In this document: positions 38,075 to 50,869 of the stretch, piece after piece | Layout of the letters: each line of letters opens with the position of its first letter | Numbering within the stretch: the first letter of the stretch is position 1 | Origin: Oopsacas minuta | Lineage: Eukaryota > Animalia > Porifera | NCBI GenBank assembly: GCA_024704765.1 | Contig: JAKMXF010000002.1 | Location: forward strand, 62,001 to 126,000 | Reading direction: 5' to 3' | Length of the DNA: 64,000 nucleotides | The notes under the pieces: generated by a model | The model's database searches: none | Seen by the model: the letters and a program-made list of their open reading frames with translations, nothing else | What the model was told of the DNA's origin: nothing | Program-made: the position numbers and the translations under genes

Positions 38075-38605
38075 CAGGGCCGTGAATAGCCAGAACGAGA
38101 CAGGCTAAGGTTTTATCAGGGGCATCGTTAGATCCCAACAATATTGAGTCTTACACTTGGTTTCACAAACCTCGAAGCTCCTGGTAGATTGTGTCAATTA
38201 AGTTTTAGAAGTCAATGTTATCTTGCTAAATTTATTGCTTCCAATAACCTAAACTCCTAGAGTATGTACATTATGTGGTGAAAATCAACAGTTCTTATTC
38301 AAACTTAGAGGGATTTCCTATACAGTCTATATAATTACATGTTTTCTCCTTTCCAAATTATTCAAGTGTACAATGACTATCTGAACTCGCGAACGCAACT
38401 AGCGAGAATATTTTGTAGGTGTACAAGGTTCTGGCCAATATAAAGAAGAAATGAGAGCTCCATACAGGGATATGACACTAATATATTTGCACTTTACAGA
38501 TATGAAATAAGTATAATTTTTGAAAACTCGCATGAAGGTTTGTATTAATTATAGAAACCCCTGACCTAAATTTTTGCCCCCTTGCCTACACTCTTGACTC
38601 TACTG
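38075..38605. mobile_element. hAT-type MITE
   Basis: 8-bp TSD CGTGTAGG / CGTGTAAG around CAGGGCCGTGAATAG ... CTCTTGACTCTACTG. Confidence 0.6.
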
Positions 38606-38882
38606 CGTGTAAGTATGAGCACAAGGGGGGGGACGGTTTGGTTCTGGGCCAGCTATTAGTCCAACTTCTCTAGGGTTTTCCCAAGCATTCATCTCACTTG
38701 GATTGTCTCTGCCAAATTATGTTGATAATGTGTCAACAGCGATTCCAATGTTAGTTTGATATGAGAAATCTGTTATTATACAATGAGAATTTTTTGGTAA
38801 CGACTCCTTCGGTCAGATGCCCTTACATCGTGCTTAGCAACCACCGGATCCTAAAGCTAAGATCCGGATCCGGCCGGATATT

Positions 38883-39191
38883 TATCAATATCCAATTATA
38901 ACTCGATTATTGTGAAAGTAATTGTAAAATCATTATTGCATGATTATAGCCTTATTATCCTGTATCTCTGACTTCCCATAACCTGATATTACAATTCTAT
39001 ATGATATCTCTGAATCATAACGTAATCTCAAAAATCACCATATTGAGGTATATTCCAGAATACATCAGATTGGTAAGAGTAATTATATCAACATTTATTA
39101 TCAAGAAATGGAAAGTTGGTATATAAGTTTAATGGCTGTATTGATTAGACAATAACTTTCACGATTATCGTGTTATAATTGGATAGTGATA
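38883..39191. mobile_element. MITE-like element with ~42-bp inverted repeats
   Basis: ATCAATATCCAATTATAACTCGATTATTGTGAAAGTAATTGT versus its inverse at 39149-39190. TSD and superfamily are unclear. Confidence 0.6.
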
Positions 39192-39696
39192 GAAATGTGT
39201 GTCTCAAAGAACGAGAAAACTTTTTAATGATAATTTTTCCATATTTTCTGAAAATTTATTAGCATTCCTTTGGGGCTCGCTCAAGCAGTGGTTTCAATAC
39301 ATTGCAAGCAACACAGTGCTGCCAAATGAATTCAGGAAATTACCGGAGATTGACCAAAGATTTAGCTAGAAACCAAATTTTATCGAGCATTTTGAATCCC
39401 TTAATGACCCCCAACAGGTCTTAATTTGCTTTTACTAATGCCAGTAGCTAACAACCTTTTATCAATAATCATGAATAAATGTACATTTATGGACGATTTC
39501 GCGTTTGTAAACAATAAGCTATAATCACTATCAGCATGCAATAAACTATAAAAGTACTATTTTAAATGGTGGTACATACTTTGAGAAAATAACTCCTACA
39601 ATTCCGAAGTAGGTACAAACGTTGAGGAATTTTAAATATTAACCTTCATCGTTAACAAAGAACTCATAACTGAGTTGATGGGCTGTTTCGAATATA

Positions 39697-41812
39697 CAGT
39701 AAACATTGGATTTAACGACACTAGTTTGGGCAGGCAAAAAAGGTCGCTATATCCGATTTGTCGCTAAATCCGAGGAAGGTTTATATATGCATTATATACC
39801 GGATGACACCCAAATTTTTTCGTGTTATACGATGTAGTATACTATGTTGTTGTATTATCGTCATAATAATGTCATGAATATGATTAGTTTGACTTGAAAA
39901 AGCTAGTTATGGAGGCCTGCTGCAATCGACTCAGCTGGCTTTCAGCCAAGAAGTTTTGAAGTTCGCTGACAGACTGAATCTGTTTCTCTGAGCATGGGAG
40001 GGTGCGCAAGAACTTCATAACGGTGTCAAGGCATGAGACAACAGTGTCGAATGACGGAACATGGATATTGAGGGGATATTCATTGTCGTCATTTTCGATA
40101 TCAACATCGTCATCACTTGGAGGCTGCAGACTATTAAGGATATCGTCAATTTCGAGACTATTTGCACCAGGTCCAATTGCAACACCATCATCCAGAGCAA
40201 CAAAGTCCTCAAATGATAAGCCATCCGAAACAAGCCCTGCTTCTTCAGCACTGCTCCAAATTGATGTGTCAGGTGCTGAGGTTTCTTCAGTGGAGGTAAA
40301 TCCTTGAACCCAACATGCTGATAGCAATGTTTGATGGTTGTGGGGGTGACATTATCCCAGGACATTTTTAGCCAGTCCAAGGCCTGGAGCAAGTCAAGCT
40401 TGCACCTCGTTTCAGAATCAACTGCTAATAAACGCTTCCTAACAAGAAACCGGCGGTAGTGGTGCTTGAGGTTCTTGATTATACCTGCGTCCACGGGCTG
40501 AGTCATAGACGTTGTGTTGGGTGGGAGAAAGAAAAGCTTGATATGGGACAAGTTAAGGTTCGGATGACCTGAGAAGTTGTCAAGAATCATGGCGATTTTC
40601 CTGTCGTCAAATGTCATAGAATTGTTCAACTTCCTTAGCAATTTCTCAAAAATCTCACTTGTCATCCATGCGGTTCGATTGGCATCATACTCCACTGGAA
40701 GATTCAGGACGCCTCGGGAACAGTGGGGGCGCTTACTCTTTCCAATAACGAGTAGCGGAAACCTCTCCCCAAGCGCACTAGCTGCTACCAATACAGTGAG
40801 GCGTTCCTTGGAGCGCTTGCCTCCTTTGCCCAAGTCTCCTCGGAGAGACAAAGTTCTGTCTGGTGTCATCTTCCAGAATAGCCCAGTCTCATCAGCATTG
40901 AAAATATCCTTGTCTTCAAACTCTTCTCTGATCAGTTTCAGCTGCGTTGATATCCAGTTGTCAGCACCAGCGTGATCTGCTGATTGGCTCTCACCCGAGA
41001 TTTGACGGCTGATGATGTTATGGCGCTTCTTCCAACGATCTATCCAGTTCAGATCAAGGAACACAGGTTCGAGGTAGCCAGGCACATTTCGTACTTTCAG
41101 TTTCTCCACGATGCATATCGACTTTTCTAGAAGAAAGGGACCGGCGACTGACTCATCTGGAGCTGTGCTCTTCAAATAACGAAACCACTCAAGCAGTGCA
41201 GTGTCTATCTCCGGGTATCGAGACAGCTTTGTGCTCTTCGAATCAAGATTTGATGCACTTGCGATGGAAGTTTCAATTATCGCCCGATCTTTCAAGAAGC
41301 CGGCTAGGGTCCCATGTGAAATGCCATGTTTCTGCTCCAAGAATGGTCGCTTAGCTCCTGCATCAAGCTCCTTCAAAATTTTGTATTTTTCAGCAAAAGA
41401 AAAGCGCTTCCTTTTGCCAAGTCCGCTCGAATCCATGACGATTAAATTTTAACATTACATTGTACGTACAATAGCTTTTAATAAGCGTTTTGTAAGAAGC
41501 CAGGTGCTGTTGATTCTAAAGGAGATTTTAATTGTTTTATAATTAAATCAATTATTAAAACCTTAATAATTCACTAGTACACTTTTCTTAAGTCCACAGT
41601 ATAGACAGCCCAAAAGTCGTAATATCCAATTGGATTTGCATGGAGCAGGCATAGAAAATATGTCGCTAAATTCAATGTGTCGTTATCTGACAGGTCGTTA
41701 TACCCGAGGTATGGTGTGTGCAGAATAATGCTGCGAGATTCTGGGCAAGCAAAATGAGTCGTTATAAGCGATTTGTCGTTAAAGCCGATGTCGTTAAATC
41801 CAATGTTTACTG
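39697..41812 (-). mobile_element. pogo/Tigger transposon, full length 2,116 bp
   Basis: Perfect 24-bp TIRs CAGTAAACATTGGATTTAACGACA and TA TSD. Confidence 0.95.
39884..41436 (-). pseudogene. Tigger/CENP-B-like transposase (DD29D), one apparent frameshift
   Basis: CENP-B-type HTH domains, NADETGLFW, ILDNFSGH and TQPVDAGII. Frameshift near 40300 joins to the acidic C-terminus in ORF 39884-40327. Confidence 0.9.
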
Positions 41813-42409
41813 TACTAGAGAATTGTGTCCAAATCAGGTTTAAAAGATTGAATGTCAATTAAGTACAAACAAATTTCTTTGATCTAAAATAATTTGAGAG
41901 AATATTAATTGCTGACCTCTCAGATTCCATGGTCAATCACAACTTTTTGCGAAATAGTAGAGACTAAATTGAAATAAAATTCTTTAGGAAGTGTATAAGA
42001 TATGTCATGGAAGAGCAAACAATTGAAAACACTTCTCGATAAAGGTTGTATAGTAAATGTGATTTTGTATCAGAACTTTGGAGCTGCCCTGTATATTAAT
42101 CAATATGCGACCGAGTGTACAAAGGGATTCTATATCAATAGATTTAATGTACAATTCTTAGAAATGATAACTTAGAATACCATATAAAATGAAAACTGTG
42201 ATGTTTTGAATAACATGTTGAATCACTGAGTGAAATTTTCCGGTTTCTAGTCACCCATGTTAATAGTATAGCGATTAGCATATTTTTGATAATTAATGTT
42301 GTTACAAATTTTAAACATATGAAAAATGAGAAAACAACTATTTAGTCATGCTAACAACCTATTCTATTATACTTAGAATAAAATCATCGAATTTAATTAG
42401 TTTAGATTA

Positions 42410-42478
42410 TCATCTGGGCCGCGGAACCCCATTGGAACCCCAAAATTATTCTGGCGGAACCCTGTTTGAGAAGCACTG
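42410..42478. repeat. Orphan right end of a hAT Charlie-type element
   Basis: GGCCGCGGAACCCC...GGCGGAACCCTGTTTGAGAAGCACTG; the partner end was not found. Confidence 0.5.
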
Positions 42479-42875
42479 CCCTAGTCAACAGTAAGAAGCT
42501 ACTTAACCAGGGTTACTAAAGAAGGAAATGAAGTATGAGTTTATAAATTAGCAAAGTTTTTGATATTTTTAGAGATTTTAGCTGTTTTGCAGAACGTGAC
42601 TTATTACCTCTAATAGAATGAAAATTTATACTTGAAAGGCAAAACGAGTACTATTTTCCATTACTTCATTCTTTAAGAGTTACACCAAAGGATTCTTGAT
42701 GCATGCTAATACTATTTCCTGTGGAAAGTCTTCAAAAATATTTCCATTAAATGTTATAGTCACGTGAATTTGATTATTAACTAAGATTATGATTGTTCTT
42801 CTGATGACCAATGAAAGCTATCTGTATTATTATATATTCGAGATTTCGTTTATATTCGACATGAAAGCATAGATA

Positions 42876-44226
42876 CAGGGTGGTTCAAAAAATGGAAACC
42901 CATTTTTGTTTTAGACCTTCTTAGCCATTTTTGGGTATAACCCAATACCATTTTAAGATAGTATGTTAGCTAACACCTCTGATTTACCAAAAACAAGGCA
43001 GTGGACAACTCAAGAGTGAGTATGGTGTGTTCAGAAATATTTAGAGACTAAGTCATTTGTGAAAACGCAACAAAACTTTTTACATCGATTCGAGACGGAA
43101 CTAGCCCCAACCAAGTCCGCCATATTCAAGATGGTGATGAAGTTTCAATATGCAGGTCTGTCAAGAACCTTAATAAGAGGTGTAAAGACAGAAACTCATT
43201 CTGGAAGAAAGAGACTCCGCACTTCCCATGTTATTGCTGTGGTTCGGGAGTCAGTTGAACAGTCACCAAAACGATCGAAAACCTTACCCGTATCAAGGTC
43301 TACAATGATGAGAGTGATGACCGAAGATCTGGGCATGTTCCCATACCGGATACAAACACACCAGAAGCTTTCTGAAGCTGATAAGAATAGGAGAAAGGAG
43401 ATGGCAAAAGTTCTGCTCGACAAGATTGAGGAGTCTGACACATTTCTGAAGAATCTCTGGACTACTGACGAGACCCACTTTCATTTAGACGGTCAAGTGA
43501 ATTCAAAGAATAATGTATATTGGGTACTTCGCCTCCTGCAGAAGTCGCTGTAAGACCACTCAATTCATGCAAGGTCACAGCATGGGTTGCGATATCTTCA
43601 AGAGGGATTATTGGTCCATTCTTTTTCGAGAGAAATGGAGTGGCTGTAACCGTGAACTCAGAACGATACATTGAGGTTCTTGACAAGTTTTGGATAGAGC
43701 CTCAGAGAAGATTCAACTAGACTTTGAACAGACAGTGGTTCCAGCAGGACGGTGCAGGGCCCCATACTGCCAATGTCAGTATTGAATGGCTGAAGCAGCA
43801 CTTCAAGAAGAGAATTGTAAGTAGACGGTGCCAAATTGAGTGGGCACCCTATTCTCCAGACCTTAATCCCCCAGATTTCTATCTGTGGGGTTATCTTAAG
43901 AACAAAGTGTATGAAGAGAAGCCGAGAGATCTAAATCAGCTGAAAGAGAAGATCAAAGACGAGATAAGTGTAATAGAGGGACCTGTTTTGAAAGCTGTCA
44001 AGCAGAACTTCACTCTCAAGATCAAAAAAATGTATCGAGGTGAACGGAGAGCATATGGAGCACATCTTATAAATCACCACTTATCCGTAAATTAGAATGA
44101 TTATGCTTTGAATGCTTTTAGTAGATTGTTAGAATTGTAAAATTAGAAAGTTTCATTGACTTTGAACAGAAAATAGCAGGGCTATAGGAATTTCAAAGGG
44201 GGTTTCCATTTTTTTGAACCACTCGG
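42876..44226 (+). mobile_element. Defective rosa/DD41D (Tc1/mariner) element, 1,351 bp
   Basis: TA|CAGGGTGGTTCAAAAAATGGAAACC ... GGTTTCCATTTTTTTGAACCACTCGG|TA. Motifs WTTDETHF and QQDGAGPH-(41 residues D to D)-SPDLNPPDF. Confidence 0.9.
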
Positions 44227-44339
44227 TATGTGGTTAGTAGTAGTCAATAGTTACGCAATAATGTATCTTTCTTAACCGCTACTAATAGATTGTCTTTACG
44301 TCACTCTGTAATTAGAGATCCTACGATATAATCTATGCG

Positions 44340-44492
44340 TCTGATTTTGACCGGCATCAAAATTTCTTATAGCCGCTTGATTTTGACCCACATATAGTGT
44401 ATTATAGTCGTAGGATTTTGACCCGTATAATGTATCATACTCGTAGGGTTTTGACCCACATATAATGTAATATTGTCGTAAGATTTTCACAT
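44340..44492. repeat. Degenerate tandem array, 33-36-bp units
   Basis: TTTTGACC anchors at 44345, 44381, 44416 and 44449, with a variant at 44484. Confidence 0.7.
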
Positions 44493-45439
44493 TAAAGTAA
44501 TTACTTACTGTTCCATCATTTGACTTTTTCGGATTCCATACACAAAGAATATTCGGAAGATCTTGAATACGTATTGTAGGGATTTCATATTTGTCCATTT
44601 CTCTAGACTTTCTACCAAGCTTTAAGAAATATACCACTGAAATGGCATATTCATCTATTTCATACGCGTAGACTATGCGTTCGCTACTAGGGTCTTGGTA
44701 GAATATTGATACGCATATAGGGTTGGGGTGAAACACCATGAGCCTTTGGCGTGGACAAAACAAGTCAGCTGGGGTAGCCTCCCTCCCCTTACAGCCACCG
44801 CCTAACGCTAAACGTTAATCTCACCTTGGATATGTTGCAGTGTAGGAGCGAGTTTTGGGTGATTGCCGTCACATAAAATTCGCTTCTACACATAAACGTA
44901 TGCGTACAATAAATTTTACGTTAACAGACGTGACGGTTCGGTTTAGGCCCGGTATGTTTCCCCCAATCTGAATATACATCTCAGACAGCAGTTAGTACAA
45001 CTTCTCCATGAATTTACCAAGCAGTCTCTACTTATATTCACAATGGCAACAATAAATTTGCATATGAGAATCTTTGAAAATGTGAAATTATAATTCAGCA
45101 TACTAGATTATCCTATATTTCTTCTGTTGAGACCAATTCTCTAAGCATATTTCGAGATTTCAACTATTGGTTACTCTATATTCATAGAAACATCAAATAC
45201 ATTTATATATGATTAACTCGAAAGTGTGCAAATTGGAATCAGCATACCTCGATTACCCCAATGTATACACTTATTTACCTGTATCGCCAACAGAAGGATA
45301 TATTCACTATGTTATGCAATTTACTAATATAGGTACACGTATTTGCGAAATTGCTCATTGTTACCCGCCCACTAGTATTCTTTCCCGTGTTTTCGAAAGT
45401 ATATTTAGTGATTGCTAATTATTAATATTGTATGTACGG

Positions 45440-46050
45440 TAGGGTGCGTCAGTTGCTCCATTTATTTGAAAACTTGATTCGCTTGCTACTTTGTATGTTC
45501 TCAATGCGGTTTTGATTCACCATATCGAATTTGAATGGAATCCAAATGATTTAGTGGTACCGCAATAGTATTTTAAAATAGTGCTGGATTTTTGTGCTTT
45601 TTGTCCAATTTTCTAATCAGTATAATTAGAAATGAAGTTTAATTATGGCTAGATATCTGAAAAATTTGAATTATGTAGTTCGGGGTGGTTTATCTCAGTC
45701 AAATAACCTTTGATAACCAATCTTGTACAGTTTAGAAGATTAATGAAAATCGCTTCAATCGATGTTAGGTATCATACCACCGCGACATAAACTATTTTTA
45801 CTAATTTATCCTAACTTTACAAGATTGTTGATCGTATATTGTTTTCACCCACATGAACTCACCTCCAGACTACCCAATTCTAGGGTTTCAGCTATCTAGT
45901 CATGATTGAACTACATTTCTCATCTAAATTGTACGAAAACCGGCCCGAAAGTACTACAAACCAGCACAATTACAAACATATATTCTGGTAGTTTTATCTT
46001 AAAGGATTTCATTGAAATTGTGCATGATTAAGCAGCATAAATGCACCCTA
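45440..46050. mobile_element. hAT (hATm-like) MITE, 611 bp
   Basis: TAGGGTGC ... GCACCCTA with a perfect 8-bp TSD ATGTACGG. Confidence 0.8.
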
Positions 46051-46599
46051 ATGTACGGTGTAGCTGTTAGCGCATGACGGATGCTTTGAAAGTTGCTAAT
46101 TACCAAACCACTACCTAAGTAAGGACTACCAATAGCTAACGTACATGGGTGGAGGTCGTTGGTTGCTCATTCGTACTTTTTGGATAAACCAAAATTTTGG
46201 GAATCAGAATTTCATCCAGATGGTAACCCTTGTGGGATATCCTGTATGATATACGAATTGAATTTTGGCGCAGCTCATATAGGGAGGTGGCCTAATAGCA
46301 TAGACAATGTTCGACGTCCGTTCGTAGGGTCGTGCGAATTCTAGAAATCGGATCCACTTGAAAATTGGTACATAAACACATCTATGTTCGGATATTGGAA
46401 CTCTACCATTAATTTTTTCTAAAATGAAATGTTCACACCTTCTGAGGGAAATATTTCAGGATAGTCAATGTTATTAGTTACCTACAGTACTTCATGTGTT
46501 ATCCTCAAATTCTATGGATGAGATTCCAAATAATTATCCAGCAATTTTCCCCTGTCTAACTTTTGAAATGATATCTCTTGCATCAATTCCAAATATCTG

Positions 46600-47045
46600 C
46601 AAAAGGTGCACAAATGTGATCAATCATGTGATTGCTGACTGAGTGAGATATTTGAATTGTCAAAATTGGAATCTATATTCTCGATTACCCCAGAGTATGA
46701 GTTTGAAACGAAATTTTAGGAACCTTTCAAAAAATATACAAAAGGTGTGAAAATAATCATATGCAAATCATGTTGATATAGAAATGAGGACATGAAATTT
46801 GGAGTCTACACATTGTATTACCCTTGACTAGCAGTGAAAACGAAATACATATTATGATTTTGATTATTATGCAAAGAGGTGTGAAATATGATTAATCATA
46901 TGATAGATCATGGTGACATAGATTTGAAAATGTCAATTTGGAATCTACATACTCGAATACTCCTGACTAGCAGTTGAAACGAACTCTCTAACATCATTTT
47001 AGAAATATTAGCAAATGGTGTGATAATATGATTAATCATATAGGA
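46600..47045. repeat. Diverged tandem array, ~134-140-bp units, about 3.3 copies
   Basis: Recurring AGGTG..AA...TCAT, TTGGA(A/G)TCTA and TTACCC/GAAACGAA blocks near 46603, 46743, 46877 and 47016. Confidence 0.7.
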
Positions 47046-48367
47046 AAACTGTGAATGTGCAATTTTCAGACTCTCAAAATCGGACTCTAAGCAACCAATT
47101 ACCCCTGACATGTTGAAACAGAGTTTTATCCAGGTTCTCAGGGCCATACGCCTAAAACTGGATGAGCTAGTCCGGGGGGGCATTTCAATCCATGGGCACG
47201 GACAAGGGAATATCTAGGAGGGCCGCACTCTCCTTTAGTCGCATGTTTTTTTAGCAATGTGAAAATTGAGGATCTTTTCCTATACCGACACACTACTTTA
47301 CTGAATTAGGTTTATGAAATTTGAGAGGAGCCAAGCAGGTGGTCAGAAACTCTGTAGTACCTCCTGGGCACGAATCCGGAGAAACACATCGCACTATGAC
47401 ACAGGTAAATACGTTATTCACCACACCTCGAAAAAATATCAGATTGAAATCCAAGAGCAACTCGCTTCCTATACCTAAATCCACCCTCTGGGGTGGTACA
47501 GAATCCGGACGCACCTCCCAATGCAAATGTGAGAAACTAGCTCCGGTCAATGTCTAAGATTCACAAATATTGCCACCTGACAGGCGGTGACAATAGTCAC
47601 TTTCCTAATAACATACAACCATCATTATTAAATACAAATTTTCTATAACTAAAAGTTTGAACAAAATTCTTTTACATGTAGCAAATAGGATAAAATGACG
47701 GAGCTTCGGAATATGGAAATTAATCGATCATTTTGAATTATGTAATGCAGATTGTAAAATTCCAAAATTGACAATCAAATTATATTTGTATAACTAGTAC
47801 TCATGAAAATCAAGAGAGTAGAAGTAGTGCAATCGAAATATTCCCTGTTGCGAAATATACATTCTCTCATGTATATTGGGTGAGCAATGGTTAGTAATGT
47901 GATTTTTCGAGAATCCAAAAAGGCGACAATGACGTCATAATTTCGTTATAATTGGGAATTTTCCTCCAGAACTAGAATTTGTCCGAGCAGGCCCAAAATA
48001 CCCCTTTATTCCAAAAATCAGCACTGTCCTCCAGTTTCTTCAATCAATTCTGGACATACAAACATAGCTATATATACATACATTAATACTGTTAAATTGC
48101 GTTTTAATGGTATAGATTTCTACATCAGTCCCTGATTGTAGAACTTTGGGACAGCTTTCATTATTAGTGATTTAGGAGGCGTTATTACTAACCTGGAAAC
48201 ATCTATCAACTGAAGTCTCGTTCCGATTGAATGTAAGCCTTGTTGATCAACTACGGCTGTCTTCGAGAGGATATCTGGTCAATTCTAGCCAATATTTGTA
48301 TTGCAAACAATTGAAATCGGGCATCTACCCGAATTGCCAGACCTTTTTTGCAAGTGATATTGGCATA

Positions 48368-50774
48368 CACTTTACCATCTGCTCGTTTCAAGTTTACCTA
48401 GACTAATATGGCCATGCTGAATCCAAATCTGGCCTTGGATTTTTTCTAACACGTCACGTTTTTGAGATATGACATATGCACACAACAACCCGTAATTGTC
48501 ATTTTGGCTAATTTTGGCTGTGCAGAACAAAACATTACATGTAATAAACACAGTGATTGCCGGTGAAAATAACAGAATTATCATTTTGCACAATTTAAAA
48601 CAACCCAGGATGATTAAACCAGACAAAAATAGCATTGTATCCTCTCAAAAGTGCTTTATACACTTGCTCTTTCGAGCATGTTCAGTATCAGTTTCACGCT
48701 GGAGAAACCAGCAGTAGTCCCCCATCATGTTTGGGTTAAATCGACCTCTATACCGCGATTCCATTACAGAGATGGCTTGGTGAAATCTTTCTCCAAGTTC
48801 GTCGCTCACATCACCCAGGTTTGATGGGAAAAGTCCAAGTGTGAATGAAGAAAATGCAGTTTAAGCGACATTCTGCAGCCCATTTTGCGGTATGATTCCA
48901 GCAAATTGTCCACTAGTTCCGAGTAATTTTCTGCCCTATAGTTTCCAAGAAAATTTTGTACAATCTGTACAAATGCATTCCAGGCTTCCAATTCAATTGA
49001 AATAAGCTTGGATGGAAATACTGGGTCACGCATCAAATCACGTATTTGGGGGCCAACAAATATCCAGCTCTCAGTTGAGCGTCACTTAGTATAGCACCAA
49101 ACTTTTCTTTCATGTGTAGGAATCCATCATTGAAATACATTGCCTTCACAAATTGTTTGATCAGGCCGAGTTTAATATGAAGTGGTGGCAAGTACACTTT
49201 GCTGGGATCAATAAGGGATTTGCACTTAACATTATATCTTCCAACAATGTAGTCAGTTCTCATTGGTCATTCGGTTGTGTCATAGTGGTTTGCCTCGTCT
49301 CTACTATCCCACAGACAGAGAAAACACATATGCTTGGTGTAACCCAACTGCAATCCGAGCAAAAGTGACACAACTTTAAGGTCTCCACATATGTTCCAGT
49401 TGTGAGCCCGGTAGTCAATGACCCTTAGGATGGTTTCCATAGACTCGTACGTTTCCTTCAAGCCGACAGCATGAGCAATAGGGACAGAAGGCTTTTCATT
49501 CCCATTGTGTAGTAGGACAGCTTTCAAACTAGCTTTGCTGGAATCAATGAACAGTCTCCACTCAGTGCTAATGTGTTCGTGGCCAAGCTCATACATGAGT
49601 GAATCAACATCAGTGCAAAAACACACAGTCTTCGAATTTAAAGTAAGCCGAAACATTTGCATGTCGTCGACGAAAATGTGAAATTGTTGATCCTGGCTTT
49701 AACAAATTTAATTCCTTTAGGCGAGACCCTAGAAGCTCAGCTTTTTCTTTGGAAAGAGATAAATCACGCACCAGGTCATTCGAAAATGCCTGGTCCATGG
49801 GAATCATTTTGTCGTTTTCATCATGATCCGAAAAATCAGAAGTGGAATCTGCATCTGCCACGTCTACTTCGTCTGTTGAATCCATTTCAATAGTATCCGA
49901 TGAAGGTGGGATTGGTACAGGAGTTCCATTGCCAGCATCATGCTCTACTGGTTTTAGAGCAGACTTGCATGTTGGATAGATGATTTTCGACTTATTTTTA
50001 GACGAAAATCCAGCAATATTTGTTGTGCAAAAATAACAATCTGACGTATGGTTTTTAGGTTCTCGCCAAATCATAGGTACCGCAAATGGCATGGATTTCT
50101 TCTTTCCATTAAGCCATTGGATTAGACTGGCATAGCAGACGGTACAGCAGATGTGAGGTGCCCAGTTCTTGTCTTGGTCACCAACTTTGCAACCAAAGTA
50201 ATACTTGTAGCCAATCTTGACACGATTGGCAATATTTCTTCGCTGGGGCTTCGGCATAAATTTTCCACAAATATAGCAGAAGTTATCTGGGTGGTTCGTG
50301 CATTGTCTTCTGCTCGTATTCATTGTAAACAAAAAGCTTAAATACACAATCAGTTACAAACTTAAAATTCTGCAAAACAGTAATGTTGTTGGTTTATCGA
50401 TACAGTCTACAATCCACCCGCAAGTAGGCTAAATAACCCCTCCTTATAGCCATGGCCAAGAACATTCAAGAATGCATTAATTGTCAAAAGATAGAACATT
50501 ACATTTACAAAATAATGTTAATAGTAACCGTACATAATATGCATTGTTGACCAACAATTCGCTGGGAAAGAAAATTGTACAATAGGCCTAACTTGTACTG
50601 TATAGTACCTTATAATATAGTGCCAATCAATGCAAAATCCGAATTTCGTGAATTTTCATATCTTGAAATCCTGACGTGATAGACCAATTCTGATTTCAGA
50701 TTTGGAATCAGCATCCCAAAGTTAGTCTAGGTAATATATTTTCATTTGAGGAATAAATTTGATGTTGCCCAGTG
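48368..50774 (-). mobile_element. Chapaev3 (CMC superfamily) transposon, defective, 2,407 bp
   Basis: CAC...GTG termini and 3-bp TSD ATA. Transposase motifs FCYICG, GDQDKNWAPH, PMIWREP, DCYFC, ICGDLKV, PLHIKLGLIKQFVK, KLHFLHSH and ERFHQ, with several frameshifts. Confidence 0.9.
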
Positions 50775-50824
50775 ATATCAATTACTGATGCGGATTTCTC
50801 GGCAAGGAAAATTAGTCGCTACAA

Positions 50825-50869
50825 GCGATTTGTCGTTAGACCCGATGTCGTTAAATCCAATATTTACTG
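50825..50869. repeat. Solo end of the Tigger family at 39697-41812
   Basis: GCGATTTGTCGTTAGACCCGATGTCGTTAAATCCAATATTTACTG|TA matches 41768-41812. Confidence 0.85.

Noticed and set aside
40002-41452. Plus-strand ORFs 40002-40307, 40577-40975 and 41201-41452 (and similar short ORFs over other transposases)
   Set aside because: They are antisense or off-frame shadows of transposase coding sequence with no recognisable motifs.
44340-44492. CRISPR-like array
   Set aside because: Only an 8-9-bp core is conserved and the spacers resemble each other. No cas genes are present and the context is eukaryotic.
47290-47560. Overlapping ORFs 47293-47550 and 47321-47557
   Set aside because: No identifiable motif or gene structure; probably a repeat fragment.
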